From the NCBI GenBank assembly GCA_976226885.1, contig OZ320323.1, forward strand, positions 44,392,001 through 44,456,000: a DNA stretch of 64,000 nt, read 5' to 3'. This DNA is from Iphione sp. A-MEVVRFRX5 (Eukaryota). Positions 1-13,400 of the stretch are shown one piece after another. The translations under genes and the position numbers were made by a program. Positions within the stretch are counted from its first letter, which is position 1; every line of letters starts with the position of its first letter. Under the pieces are notes generated by a model. The model was not told the origin of the DNA and made no database searches. It saw only the letters and a list, made by a program, of their open reading frames with translations.

Positions 1-467
1 TGATTCTCATGGTCGGTCAGAGAGTCAGAGCGTGTGGCTTGAACTCGCTCATGCAGATGTCTTGAATGTCCAAACAGTGAGTGAATCTTCCATTGGGGGA
101 ATGAACTTATTATGGACAATGCCAAACCCCCTGCCGACGACACGTGGATGAACAGTGGATACATGTGTGAACTTTGCCTAGGACCTTGTACGAACTGAGC
201 TACCGCCAGCTGGATTGTCTTAGAGGTTCCTTGTTGGGTTGCACTGAGCGACCCTGAACCCGAAGATAATGTACCTGACGGGCACTTTCGGAAAGCCCCG
301 CTGTTGTTGTTCTCGTTTCCACTTTGAACAGTACCCCCGGCTGAAAAGTGACTTTTCCAGATTGAACGCTACTGCCCTTCAGAGACAATACTGGCAGAAG
401 GACAGGCTGTTGTGCCGGGATCGGTGTCAAAGATTTCGTCGGGAAGATGTGCTGCACATCTCTCCTT
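1..467 (+). mobile_element. Probable 3' internal region of an LTR retrotransposon (degenerate, no assignable ORF)
   Basis: Lies directly upstream of a polypurine tract and a TG...CA LTR. Reading frames are interrupted and no domain is recognised. Confidence 0.45.
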
Positions 468-1428
468 AGGAGGGGAGGGGTGTAACACAGTAGTGTTATA
501 TTGCGGACATTCGGACGTTCGGTCATTCGGGCGTTCGGGTGTTCGGATATCATTTAACGGACATTCGGTTGTTCGGACATACGGACATTCGGTTGTCCGG
601 ACATACGGACATTCGGTTATTCGGACCAACGGACGTTCGGGTGTTCGGACGTCCGGGTCACGGATATCGTGTGACAGAATAATCGAGTTTCACACAGAAA
701 TGAACCATGAGTTTGGCAGATATGCGGACATTGTTTTATGGTCTTTCATTGGACATTGTATTGCGTACATTATGAATGCAATTGTGTACATATGATTTTG
801 TATACATTAAAGTAATGATTGTGCGTACAATACTATAATGAATATGACCCTGAAACGCAGTGGTAAGTGAAAGAAAGAGAGTTCTATTGTACAGTGTATA
901 GATATAAGTCTTTTAACGTGGATCCTCGATTCACAGACAACGGGTGTATCATGTCTCTGACATGGCGCCATCGATAGTCTGGGAATCGACATCTCGCACA
1001 CCAGTAGACACTCATAAACTATGTTCAGGTGACAGGTTAGTCTAAACAAACATTGTGTCGGAATGGGGATTTCGAGGCACTTCCAGGGTGGGTGCTGACA
1101 GCTTTCACATCCATCATCTAAGGGTGCTAGGGTGGGACCGAGGGTTAATGTAATTCTTGACCTGTCCTGACCCAAGAGCACGTGAACAGGTCAAAGGTCC
1201 GGAGACCTATGACCCAAGGTTAAGATATGTCGCGACCTCTGTGCCTGGGTTACGAACTATGACCGGAAGGGTGCTAACCTTTGACATAGGGGCGCGAACT
1301 ATCAGTATATAATGACCGGATCCCCTCACCGCTTTTCGGAGAGCTCTGATCCGCCACCTTGCAGTGTCTACCTGTTGGAATAAAGATCAACTAACTTGGA
1401 AACCTGTGTCGTCTTGAGTTGTGTTACA
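468..1428 (+). mobile_element. Polypurine tract (468-480) plus 3' LTR (481-1428, 948 bp) of an LTR retrotransposon
   Basis: AGGAGGGGAGGGG abuts TGTAACACA at 481. The LTR ends TGTGTTACA at 1428, a perfect 9-bp terminal inverted repeat. It contains TATATAA (1306-1312), AATAAA (1379-1384) and an array of CGGACATTCGG-like repeats at about 503-655. Confidence 0.85.
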
Positions 1429-2243
1429 AAACCTTTTGACAAAAACTGTGCACAAACATTGCATTATCTGCAAATAATCATTAAGTACAAGTGCTCTAAC
1501 AACAGTTATCTGCAGTTTTATGCTAAATTACATCACAGTGCCAAGTATCCAGGGTATGTCGATAAGGGTGTAGTCGATAAGGGTTACTTTGCTCACATGT
1601 ATGAGACATGACACTACAAAATGAGTTGTTATAATGTTTTACTTAGAAGCAGCTTCTACCTGAGAGCTGATTCCAAGAACATGAGTACTTGATGTAAAAT
1701 TGTGTTTACTCAGTTAAGTACATCATACAAGGCTTTACTTGGTAGCATATAACTATATACTGTACTTTACATTTTACCAGCACTTTAAGAAAATTGTTAG
1801 TAATAATACATTCTCTATCACAATAAGTGCTGTGTTACAGTGTGCATTACGGGCTGTTCACATGTATCCATATAATAAAATATGGAAAAATATTTCTTCA
1901 CATCGAGGGACATAGATGCTTCCTGTGGATATGTATTATAACTGCTTTATATGGTAACCAGATGTTCCTTAACGGTTGTGCCTATGGAGTACGGATCTGT
2001 AGCCATAGAAAATCTGCCCTGGCTAGGTTCATCATCTACGTCTATGGATCTGTAGAAACGGATACATGTACATCTGATTGGTCTACTTGATTACCATGGA
2101 TGTCTATGGGTTCGGAGACAGAAAAATATGGATTCATGTTAATAATGCCTTATGGATGAACTTAAGGTTATGATCAGATGGAACGGTAAGAGGCCCCATC
2201 AGATGTCATCCACAAGCAAATGTGTGTGTGTTTGCCTCTCTCT

Positions 2244-2341
2244 CTGTATGTATGTATGTATGCATTATATATGTATGTCTATGTATGCATGTATGTAGGC
2301 CTATGTTTGTATGTATGTATGTATGTATGTATGTATGTATG
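2244..2341. repeat. (TATG)n microsatellite
   Basis: Direct reading. Confidence 0.9.
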
Positions 2342-2450
2342 TGGAGGTGGTCCTATGAGTGATGTGGTCGCAGTCCGAGGGGTGACTGTACATGCATGTG
2401 TTTTAAGGTATTTCCATGCTTTCAAGTTGACCTAATCCTGTTGTTTGAAG

Positions 2451-5400
2451 ATCCAGGGCAGCGCTCCTCACTGGATATTATCCCTACAGACTTGGCATGC
2501 AGGTAAGTGCAGTGATTATTCCACTTCTGCCTACATATTGTGATGATTAACCACAATTTGTATGTGAATACCATCCACATATATAGGGGAACACGCAACT
2601 CAAAGTAGCGATGAAAATCGTATACCGTAGTTTTGTTCACCGTTTTTCAGGGTACCCACCGACTGATTGTGAGATATAGAGGAGAATTAAATTATGTACT
2701 AAATGTAGACTAAATATAACAAGCTGGTTGTTTACTATATCTATATCCATTATATAAAAATATGTATTTGTGTCCTTGAGTGCATCTGTTTTATTGAGGA
2801 TTTTAGAAGAGGGCAACATGATATACGCTCTTGTGAATAGCAAATGACATCTACATTTACTCTGTAGATAAGCAAACTACATTTTAACATTTTAAGTAAA
2901 ATTTGACGCTTAAAACTGACAAGCGTCTATTGCTATGGTTCGTTTTCCGCATTTCTGATATCGTTGTTAGACATATCTGTTTTTCTTTGTTACATCCGGT
3001 TATTCCCAATTATTGAAGATCTGGATCAGTATGTCCGTATTAAAATTTAATTCAGAAATACAATGAACATGTAATACTTTTGATTGGCAGCATGGTGCGA
3101 TTCGCCATGGTAAACCACACGGTCTCCCGGAGAGATATAGCCTGTTGCCGAAGCTGCTACGGAAGGAGGGCTACCAAACACACATGGTCGGCAAGTAAGC
3201 GATAACAGCATGTGTAGAACTAGAGAGAATTGAGAATTACATGTGCAGAACCAGTTCAGTTAATAATACCGTCTCTGTCTAACTCTATCAGTGGATCCCA
3301 TACTTCTTCTACCTACATGTATATCAATCTGTCTGCACATCTCTCTGTGTATGTGTGTCTGCCTGCCCGCCTGTTCGCCTGTCCGTCTCTCTCCTGTACC
3401 CTCCTCTCTGTCTCTATCCCTTACCCACATTTCTATTTATCTTTGGGTTGTTCCTTCCTTTCAGTATTGTCCTCATTTCTTTTGTCTCTGTCCAGCTGTC
3501 CGCCTGTTTGTCTGTCTATCTGTTGACCTGTCTGTCTGTTTCTCTGTCTATCTGTTGACATGTCTCTCTCTGTTGCTCTTTCTAGTTGTATTTCTCCTTC
3601 TCTTTCTGTCTGTCACTATAGTACACACTTCTATTTTTATTTCTGCCCGCCTTTTGTCATTCAATGCCGGTTTCTCCCAAGGAAGCCTTCTGTCGGGATA
3701 CACAGATCGTCCGCGGCTGGGGGAGGTTATTTTTTTCTTTTTACGATATTTTTACGGACCCTTTAACAAGAGATGACAGATTTGGTTCAAGTCCATTCTC
3801 TTAGAGAAACCCAATACACGAGAACAATATTGTTATTCCATTTCCGACAGGTTTCCAATGGAAATCCGCCGACACAACTCCACTTTGCCCAGAGGCCGCA
3901 CGTTTAATGTATATTAGTTGAAAGGTTCTTATCTAGATATCGTCCTGCCACATCCTCATGTAACATGACCGTGGTCTGCATGCGTGTAGAGTTAAAAAAT
4001 CTCTGTGGTAGTGTTACGTCGGTGTGCTCTTTTCATCAACAATATACGCATTATTGTGGCGAAGTTTGTCCGCTTCCATCATGATGTGGGATACAATCAC
4101 AACTGACTCCATCACCAACATACACCATCACCAAATTACCTTATCACCAACATACACCATCACTGACTCATACCATCACCAACATGCCCTAACACAAACT
4201 TGCACCATGACCATTTCACTCTCTCACCGACTCATACTATTACAACATGCAGGCCCGTAGCCAAGGGGGTATCGGGGGTATTGCCTGATACCCCCCGACA
4301 GAAGCCAAGAGCTCCACTTATCTAATGTATATATAATATATACATGCAGAGATCCACCCCTGTGGTATTGGGGTATGGTCCGATACTTCCCACAAAACCT
4401 CCTGGCTATGGGCCTGCAACGTGTACTATCACCTACTCACACCATCACCAACATGCATCATAGCCAACTCACACCATCACCAACATGTACCATCACCAAC
4501 TCACACCATCACCAACATGTACTGTCACCAACATACACCATAACCAAATCATACCATCAACAACATGCAATAACACAAGCAATGGTGTGAGTATGAGATG
4601 CAGTAATGGTGTCCCGGTCCCCACACTCCTGTATGAAAGGGAGGACATACACTCGTTCTACAGCATCAAAACTACACCCTTTTCACTGACTTTTAGCTGA
4701 AAAAAGACCTGTTTTTTAAAGGAAACACTGCTTTTTGAGTAACTAAAACACCCCCTTTTTAGAAAATGCTGACTTTTAAAGAAATAATAGTTGTGAACAC
4801 TATCACTACATTTTCGCGTGCTGCATGTCTTTTACAGGGCTCCCTTCTCTCTTCCTCATTCCTTTCTTCTTTTGAGCTCCCTCTCTGTCTCTCCCTCCCC
4901 TCTGCCCTCCTCTCATCCTCCCTCTCATCTTCTCTCCACCTCTTTTCCTCCCTTCTCCTCTTTCTCTCTCCCTCTCCCTTTACCTCTCTCATTCTCTCTC
5001 TTCCTCTCTCTTATCTCTCCCTCCCTCTCTGTCACTCGCTGTCTCTTTACCTCTCATCCTTCTCTATCCCTATCACTCCTTTCTTGCACTGTCTCCCTCT
5101 CATCCTGCCTCTCTTCCTCTCTCCACCTCCCTTTCTCCTTCTCTTTCCCTCCCCTCTCTCTTTTCTAAATGTATTCCTCAGGCAGAGAGGAAGAGAGAGA
5201 GAGGGGAGGAAGAGATAAAGAAAGAGGGAGAGAGAGAGCAGGGAAACAGAGAGGGACAGAGAGAGAGAGCAGGGAGCAAGAGGGAGAGAGGGAGGAGGGG
5301 AAAAATTGAGGGAGGGAAATAGAGAGGGAGAGAGAGGGAGGGAAAAAGAGGGGATAGGAGAGGAGAACAGAGAGGAAAGGGGGATGGGAGAGGGAAAAAG

Positions 5401-6920
5401 AGAGAGAGGGGGAGGGTAAGAGAGGGGAGGAGGGGAGACTGAGGGGAGGCAGAGAGAGAGATAGAGAGAAAGCAAGAGAGGGAAGGAGTGAGGAAGAGAA
5501 GAGAGCAGGATGTACTAGAGGGAGGAAGAAAAGAAGGGAGAGGGGGAGAGGAAGGGAAGAGAGGGGATGACAGAAAGAGGTAGAGAGAAACAGAGGGAGG
5601 GAGGGAAGGTAGAGGGAGGAGGGCAGGAAGGTAGAGGGAAAGACCCTTTATTTAGAAAAATGCGGACATACAAAGTTTGTAAAATAGACCCCTATTTTCG
5701 TGATTTTAAGAATGAGGGTGCGTACCCAGTAGGTGCAACAGTGCGGGGAACAGGAATGGTGTGCAGTGCAGTTGTATGTTCCTTGATGGCTGGTTAAGCC
5801 TTGAATCATTCTGTTTCCTTGTGGATAACACTTTGTTTGCCCCTAGGTGGCGCCTTTAGCTTCTGTCAATGTTGGACTTGAGTCATCATGGCAGTAACGC
5901 ATAACTTTGACAGCACTTCCGTTTAAACCTCTTTTGTAGATGGCACCTTGGCTTTTGTCGATGGCAGCTAACACCAACTTACCGAGGATTCAAAACGTTC
6001 TATGGGTTTTATACGGGATCCCGTGATTACTACACACACAGATCGGGAAAAGGTAAGAGAAGGCCTTAACTTATTGACAGGCTACACCTGATCTGGCATC
6101 TTAGCATACACTTTCAGGAAGGTTTACATAGGATTAAGTTTCCCTTGTTGTTGCTACTTTTACATAGGCAAAAGGAATTTAGAAATAATTCTGGTAACAC
6201 AAACGTCTTTACTTTAATAGTCCAGGGCTGATTTGTATACAATAATGACTGATTTTTTTTCAGAAAAGGGTTATGACTTTCGATATAACAAAAAACCCAT
6301 TAAGAGGCGAGGAATCCACTCAACGGTGAGTAGATGTAATGATCTTCTTTTCATAGATATCGGGTACTGTATGGGTAGTATGCTTGCTACCAGTTGGTGC
6401 CAGGGATGCTAGCAGTCGACAGAATATTTCATCCTTCATTATCAACATGGAAGGCTCACTTTAAAAATAACTATTTAGTTTAATAGTTTTTTTTCTATCA
6501 GCATGTTTTTTTACACGTTTGCTATGTTGATAAAACTAAGACCGAACTATGTTAAAAAATATAAATGGGTTAACATGTTGATAGGCTTTTTTATTACTTT
6601 AGGTGTGTCTAGAGGAATAACACATTGTTTAGGCGTCTGGGTAGTGTATGATTATGCCGATAGTACAACAAACATCAGCTTATTGAACGTATTGATAATT
6701 TTAACACCTAATTTTGGTATCAACACATTAAATGTGTATATAGAAAAAAAATTTACAATGCAGTATTCAGTACTGATTTTTATGTGAATCTTCCATATGT
6801 TCAGAGATCAGAGAGAACTTACAGGTTATAAGGTCTCTTTTACCTCCGCTATAGGCAGGACAGAAATAGTGTGCTGGACACTGGCTGGTTTTAAGGGTGG
6901 GACAGATCAGTTCCAAAGAA

Positions 6921-6965
<45 letters not shown>

Positions 6966-7399
6966 AGAGAGAGAGAGAGGGAGGGAGAGACAGACAGACA
7001 GACTAGAGACCAACAGAGAGAGACAGAGAAACAGTGAAAGAGTAAGAGAAACAGAAAGTCTGAGAGTGAACTAGAAAAAGAGAGGATGAAAGAGTGATCG
7101 AGACGGAGGGAGTGAAAGAAAGAAAGAGAGTTCATCTCCAACTAGTGATAAACTGAGCGGAATGAGATCTTCCTACCCGTTTCTTTTCACGATGAAAGGC
7201 TGCCCGACAGGGGGCGACAGGGGCGCGTCTAGCGTTCCCTATCTGAGCCACGTGACCCTCTGAGCCGCAAAAATATGTGTGCTGTCAAGAGATGAATGTG
7301 AGACTGTGCGGCGTCAGGTTACAGGAAACAATGTCGGTAGTGGTATAATATAGAGAACTGGGGACGTTCATTTCCAATGCGTACACTGACTGTGATCCT

Positions 7400-7435
<36 letters not shown>

Positions 7436-10400
7436 GCGACCTGCTGATAGCTGGATGAGATATTGTTGCTGTGTCTTTAATCAGGACCTCTTCACGAAGC
7501 GAGCACGTCGTATTATTCAACTCCACAACAGCAGCAGACCACTGTTCCTCTACATGTCCTACCAACTTCCTCACTCCCCTCTACAGGTAAGGCCTAGTTA
7601 AAGAAAAAAAAGGTTCAGCGTTTCCGGTAACCCGACCGACCCTATATTTTGGCCTATCGGACTTCTTTATTTTATAATTCTGCTGCCCATAACTTTGGAC
7701 TGGAAAAAGCTAGAGATTCATACAATATGCCGATAATGTTCCTTCGATTATTAGCTTATATATGATCCAAGCTGGAGAAGCAGTGGTAACATGATAAGAA
7801 AGAATTGTCTAGGCTTTTGACTCGATAATTTCTGTGAGGAGAAAAAAGAAGAACCCTCTGATAGACTGGCCCTATGATTTTTCAACATATTACCGGAAAC
7901 AGAGCTTCTTTTACGCCTAATGCTGGCTTTTCATATGTCTGCAGATTTCTTTGGACACAGACATTTGTTTGTCTAGAAAAAAGTGATCCTATTATGTTCA
8001 ACATGATTGTGCCGATGATTGTGTCTGTGGGTCAGTGGTCTGGGTCTGGAGACCGAAAACCTACCTGGGCCATAAAATTACATGCTTTCCAGACTCTGGA
8101 GATGCATACAGATGAGTAGTCTACTGAAATAAGCATTTTAAGAAGAAGAAGAAGAAGAAACACTGTGTAACATATGGTAGATGTTGTGAGATATTTGTTA
8201 ATTTGCATATAATTTGCATAAAAACCACACAATTTTCCCCAATATGCCTCAGCCTCCATGAAAAACCACATAATTTCTATCGATATGCCTTAACCTCCAT
8301 GAAAATCTGCACAATTGCCACTGATATGGCCCAACCTCCATAGATACATGCATACATACTTACATACATACATACATACATTCATACCTTTGCTGGATGA
8401 TCTCACGTATCATTTCGAGAAGTGGAATTAACTATCTTCTAGACCCCTGAAGAAGGCCCACAACCACCGAAACGTTGGGATTTGCATTAATGCCTACTTA
8501 ATCTCACTCCTGGTGTTTTGTTGGTGTGTTCATTCAACTATAGTACATATCGTAATCTTTATCAACCTGCTTCTTGGCCAGGCCACTTCTTTCATGGAAA
8601 GTACCTCTCTGGAGAAGTGCTGAAAATCAGCTGAATTTCCAGATAACTACATAGTGCAGAAAAAAAATCCATACACAAGGAAAGCCAGCCTTAGCACAGA
8701 TCAGAGATTCCAGGGATCACTGAACTTGATATGTATAACGTGTGCGCATTCATCTTAGGCTTAAAATGTCATCCCTGCGATAAAGAAACAACAGTTTTCA
8801 TCCATCGGAGGTTATTATTGCTATGAAATTAGGGCGGTTTTTGATGGAAGTCGGTTGCTGAGGTCAACTAACTACGAACAGTATAGTAATAACGTTTTGC
8901 GCAATTTAGTACATAAGATGGTGGAATGCTGTTGTTTGAGGGTCGGTTTCTGTAGGTTAACCCTATCTGTTACTTTTGTAAATGCATGGATACATATAAT
9001 GTGTATGTTTTTGTGCCTCTAATGTCAGATGTTATCTATGTTGACCGATATTTTCAGCCTAAGACGGAATTCCTACAGTATTACTCGAAAGTTGAGAACC
9101 GGATGAGACGCAGGTTTTCAGGTAAGTTTCACTTTCAGTTTCATTGCCCATGCAATATTGCTACCACTGCAGAGCTACATTTGGTATGCACCACTTCCTC
9201 CTGCACCTAAACACTATGTGTAACTTTGACTGAAAATTCTACTCACCTAAAAGTAAATTATTGATAAAGAAATAGATGGATCAGCTTTAATACCATGTGA
9301 CTTGTATCGAAATTGTCCTTAGTTACCCCTTTGATTTGTTTGGACAACCCTAGAAACAAAAGTGGTGCATACCAAGCATACCAAGGAATGAACGTATACA
9401 TTGTAGTACTTACACCACCTATATAAAATGTTGCCTGAAAGTAGTGACGGCCATGGGGAGAAAGTCTCATAGATGTGAGACTCTTTCCAAGTTTAATAGT
9501 ATGTTTACTTTCACACACGTGTCTTAATAGTTTTTCAAATGATGGAGAATGGCATGTTTTCTTTCCCAAAGGACAAAATGAGAAAGAAATCACAAAATTA
9601 TAGCACTTCTTTTCTATGTATTACTACACAAGTGCAGTGAAGCAGGCAAGCATAACCAAGGGTTGTAGAAGTGTGTGTGTACTTTGACCCCCAAGCACCA
9701 GCACCATCCCTCCTATAAACCCGCTGATTTTGGTTGTTGTTCAGGAGTATCTGCACTGCCAGTGAGCAAGGATATGGCTATGTGGTGTATGTGACAGGCA
9801 TTGCTCTGGTACATATGTTGTGTAAAGCTGGGGCCATGGTATGACCAGCCTGTAACCCTTTGAGGAGCTGATTCTTGGCTGGCTCATAGAGCTGTAACCT
9901 GAAAGGGGGCCGATGTTACCTGGGATTTGCTTACCTGGTAACATTTTTATAGACATGAGTATGTACATGGATTATCTGTGTAAAGCTGGGGCATTCGTTT
10001 GACCACCCTGTAATCTTTGGGAGCTCACTCCAGATGGGCTCATACCCAACCTCAGGGTCAATGCAGAGTTGTAGGTACTAAACTGGCCTTTGGGCTCTAC
10101 CTTCCAGGCTGTACCCTGGGAGCTGGTGTGACCTGGACCTAGCTGACCCTGGTCACACCACTGGACCCACTTGCCAAGTGTAGACCCATGATGGCTGAAG
10201 GCTGTAACCCTGAAAGGGACACCAGTTTGACTTAGGAAACTTGGTCTATCTCAGTTTTACCATATGGAGTAGAGACACACACTAGTGGTTTTGCACCCAC
10301 CCTAACCTTGTTCACTGGGGGCTGAGCAAAGTGGTTACATGTGCAGCACATAGTTGCCTCCTAATTGCCTGTCTAGACACCTGTCAATCACCTCATGGCT

Positions 10401-13400
10401 CAGTGAGCTTGCAGTGCGACTGCTGTTCCCCCAGGGCTCCACAACCTGAGGTAATTCTCCCATGCTATGGACTGACTAGGGGACTAGGTGGGAGGATAAT
10501 TATGTTGGCTACTTTATTGAGAGCTGTTGTGAAAAATGCAGACCCCAATAGGTCACATGGTGCACTGATTCTCAACACCCCTGCATCCACCAGTGGGCTG
10601 CTCTGTCACCAGCAACAGAAATGGCAGAGAGGCCCTGATCACAGCCTTTGTGTTACACAGCTGTGCCAGTGGACTCCAGAAGACTTTCCCCCAGCACTAC
10701 AAGGGTACAGGAGACCAAGCCAGAAACGGGTCTGCCTCATCGGCAAAGATCAAGGCATCCAGCCTTCAGCTGGTCATTGCCTAACCCCCACTTCAAGTTC
10801 AAGTTCAAGGTCATCGTGCATGCAGGCACCAAAGACACTTGTGATAAATAAAACTAAAAAGATGACATTAGATGAATAAAGGTCTGAGGACTTGATATAG
10901 TGGGAAGCAGGAAAGATGATGGACAATGAAAGAACAACCTCATAATAGTAATAAATAAAATTAGAAAGATGATATATGAGGAATAAATGTGTGAAGACTT
11001 GACACAGGTGGAAGTAGGAAAGATGAGGGTCAGTGACTGAAGATGTGAACTCATGATGATGGTGATAACTAAAGTAAGAGAGATGAGGTTTGATGAATAA
11101 AGATATGATAAAGGTGGAAACAGGAAATTAAAAAATTGAAGGTGTGAACATGTGATATAGATAGATGGAAGAAGATCAAATAAATGATCACAATGGAAGG
11201 TTTGGAGGGCCGGAGATGATGGATATGGGAAATGATATGCAAGATGAATGACAGCTGCGAGGGTTTGGGACAAACGATGGAAGTATGGTTGTAGGGATGT
11301 CCGTAGTGGTTCAGGTTACTGAAGGCAAAACGCACAAACAACAGGCAGCAAATGTCTGTTCTGGCGCAAACTTTCAGGCAACAAATATGACAGGTCGGCA
11401 ACAAAGTGCTGTAAGATCACAGTGTGAATCACGTTAATTTAGCGAATCCATGGTAGCTCGAAAAGGTGTAAATCTATGGTGCACTGAGAAGGTGCGAATT
11501 CACGGTGCCATAATAAAGTGCAAATCATCCACCCCCCTATGGTAGGATATGATTAGCATGAAGTCGACTTGACATCACCGAGTCTTTGTTGTTTCTTCAA
11601 TTACAACATATAGTATGTTGTAATTCAACACGATAAAAAACGGTAGAGGGTCGGTCAGTAGGTTGAATTATTTTTCTTGTTCTTTTTTGGGCTATGTTAA
11701 CTGATACTGAAAGCCACAAATATATATAGAAATATCACTTGTGCTGATTCGATTTTGATGAAACAAATGAAAGCCCATAATCTTAGGAACACAGTAGTGT
11801 ACAGTATAGGTCTCTATTCTGATTTCATCCCAAAGTATTCACAAGACCAAAAAAATAAAATTGGAATTGCCCAAGTACAAGGCTTGGTTGGGTTACCGGA
11901 AATAGATATTTTCTTCATGGGCCTTATGATATACGACATATGGTATATGATAGAACTTGGTAAAGGTTAGCTGTGGTGGAAATGACCATGGGTCCTTTAC
12001 ACAAAAATGTCCATATACAGTAGTTATGATAGCCGGTTGCCGTGGACTCTAGAACCTTGTATATGTTGATATTTTTTTTTCCAGCTATGGTGACAATGAT
12101 GGATAAATCCGTCGGCAGCATCATCTCAGCCCTCATGTCTAAATCTATGCTGGAAAACACACTCATCGTCTTCCTCTCCGATGTAAGTCAGATTTTCAAG
12201 AGTAATTGCTATACTGTAAAGACTGCTGATTACTACGTAAGGCTGTGCCTCCATGAATGTGGAGAACATGCATGCATGCTAGGTGTGCGAAAAAAAACTA
12301 TGTCACAAACCAGGGGTGTTTCTATAAGTGTGGTTCATGCATGTAAATTTGTGATGTCCAAAACAGGTGAAATCCATAAATTCCATGCACCACAAAGTGT
12401 ATTCCTGTGTGAAATTCACTAGGATATGGAAGATGCGCTTAGGGTCAGGATAGCAGATGCATGTATTTTAAATATACTCAGTTTGCATATTATTTATATA
12501 CAAAAATACACAGTCTACAACTTTATGGCTCACTTGCAAGAAAAATAAACAAATTTTGCTGATCGTTGACTAAATTACTAGTTATCCTCATTTAAGATAC
12601 CTGATTCATAGGAATTACTAATCACATTGACGCCCTAGTGACTTGTTATTCAGACTATTCCCATTTTCAAACACTTTCATTGCAGTGGGCTCCACTATTC
12701 GTCACGGCCTGAACGAGTCAGGTTCTGTGATTCTTATTCAATATTAGATTCTGTACCGGTCGTACTGTATGGATTTACTGTATAGGGCCTACTGTACAGG
12801 TCTACTCTATGGGTCTTACTGTACAGGTCCTACTGTAGAGGTCCTCCTGTACAGGTCTACTCTATGGGTCCTACTGTAGAGGTCTACTCTATGGGTCCTA
12901 TTGTAGAGGTCCTCCTGTACAGGTCTACTCTATGGGTCCTACTGCAGAGGTCTACTCTATGGGTCCTATTGTAGAGGTCCTCCTGTACAGGTCTACTCTA
13001 TGGGTCCTACTGTATAGGTCCTACTGTATAGGTCCTACTGTACAGGTCCTCCTGTGCAGGTCTACCCTATGGGTCCTACTGTATAGGTCCTCCTGTACAG
13101 GTCTACTCTATGGGTCCTACTGTATAGAGAAATTGATGTTGTATAATAAGGACAATTCTCTGACAGTTGGTCAGTCTGCTTGCCTATTTGCCTTTCGGTT
13201 GTGTGCATATTGTACTGTAATTGTAATCTGGTAAACGAAACCTTAAATATATAGAATTAATAAGGACATATTGGCAGAAAATACTCTACAGGATGTATAA
13301 TGTATTACCAGTCGAAATAAAGATTTAAATAAATAAATAAATACTGTATAGGTCTACTGTACAGGTCCTCCTATCCTACTGTCCTACTGTACAGGTCTTA

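Noticed and set aside
5840-5855. CTCF-like site (also near 7206 and 20198-20240)
   Set aside because: Imperfect short matches that are expected by chance.
10331-10879. 182-aa ORF and surrounding 9730-11500 region as a gene
   Set aside because: No recognisable motifs or consistent splice chain. It is embedded in degenerate repeats and is probably unclassified TE debris.
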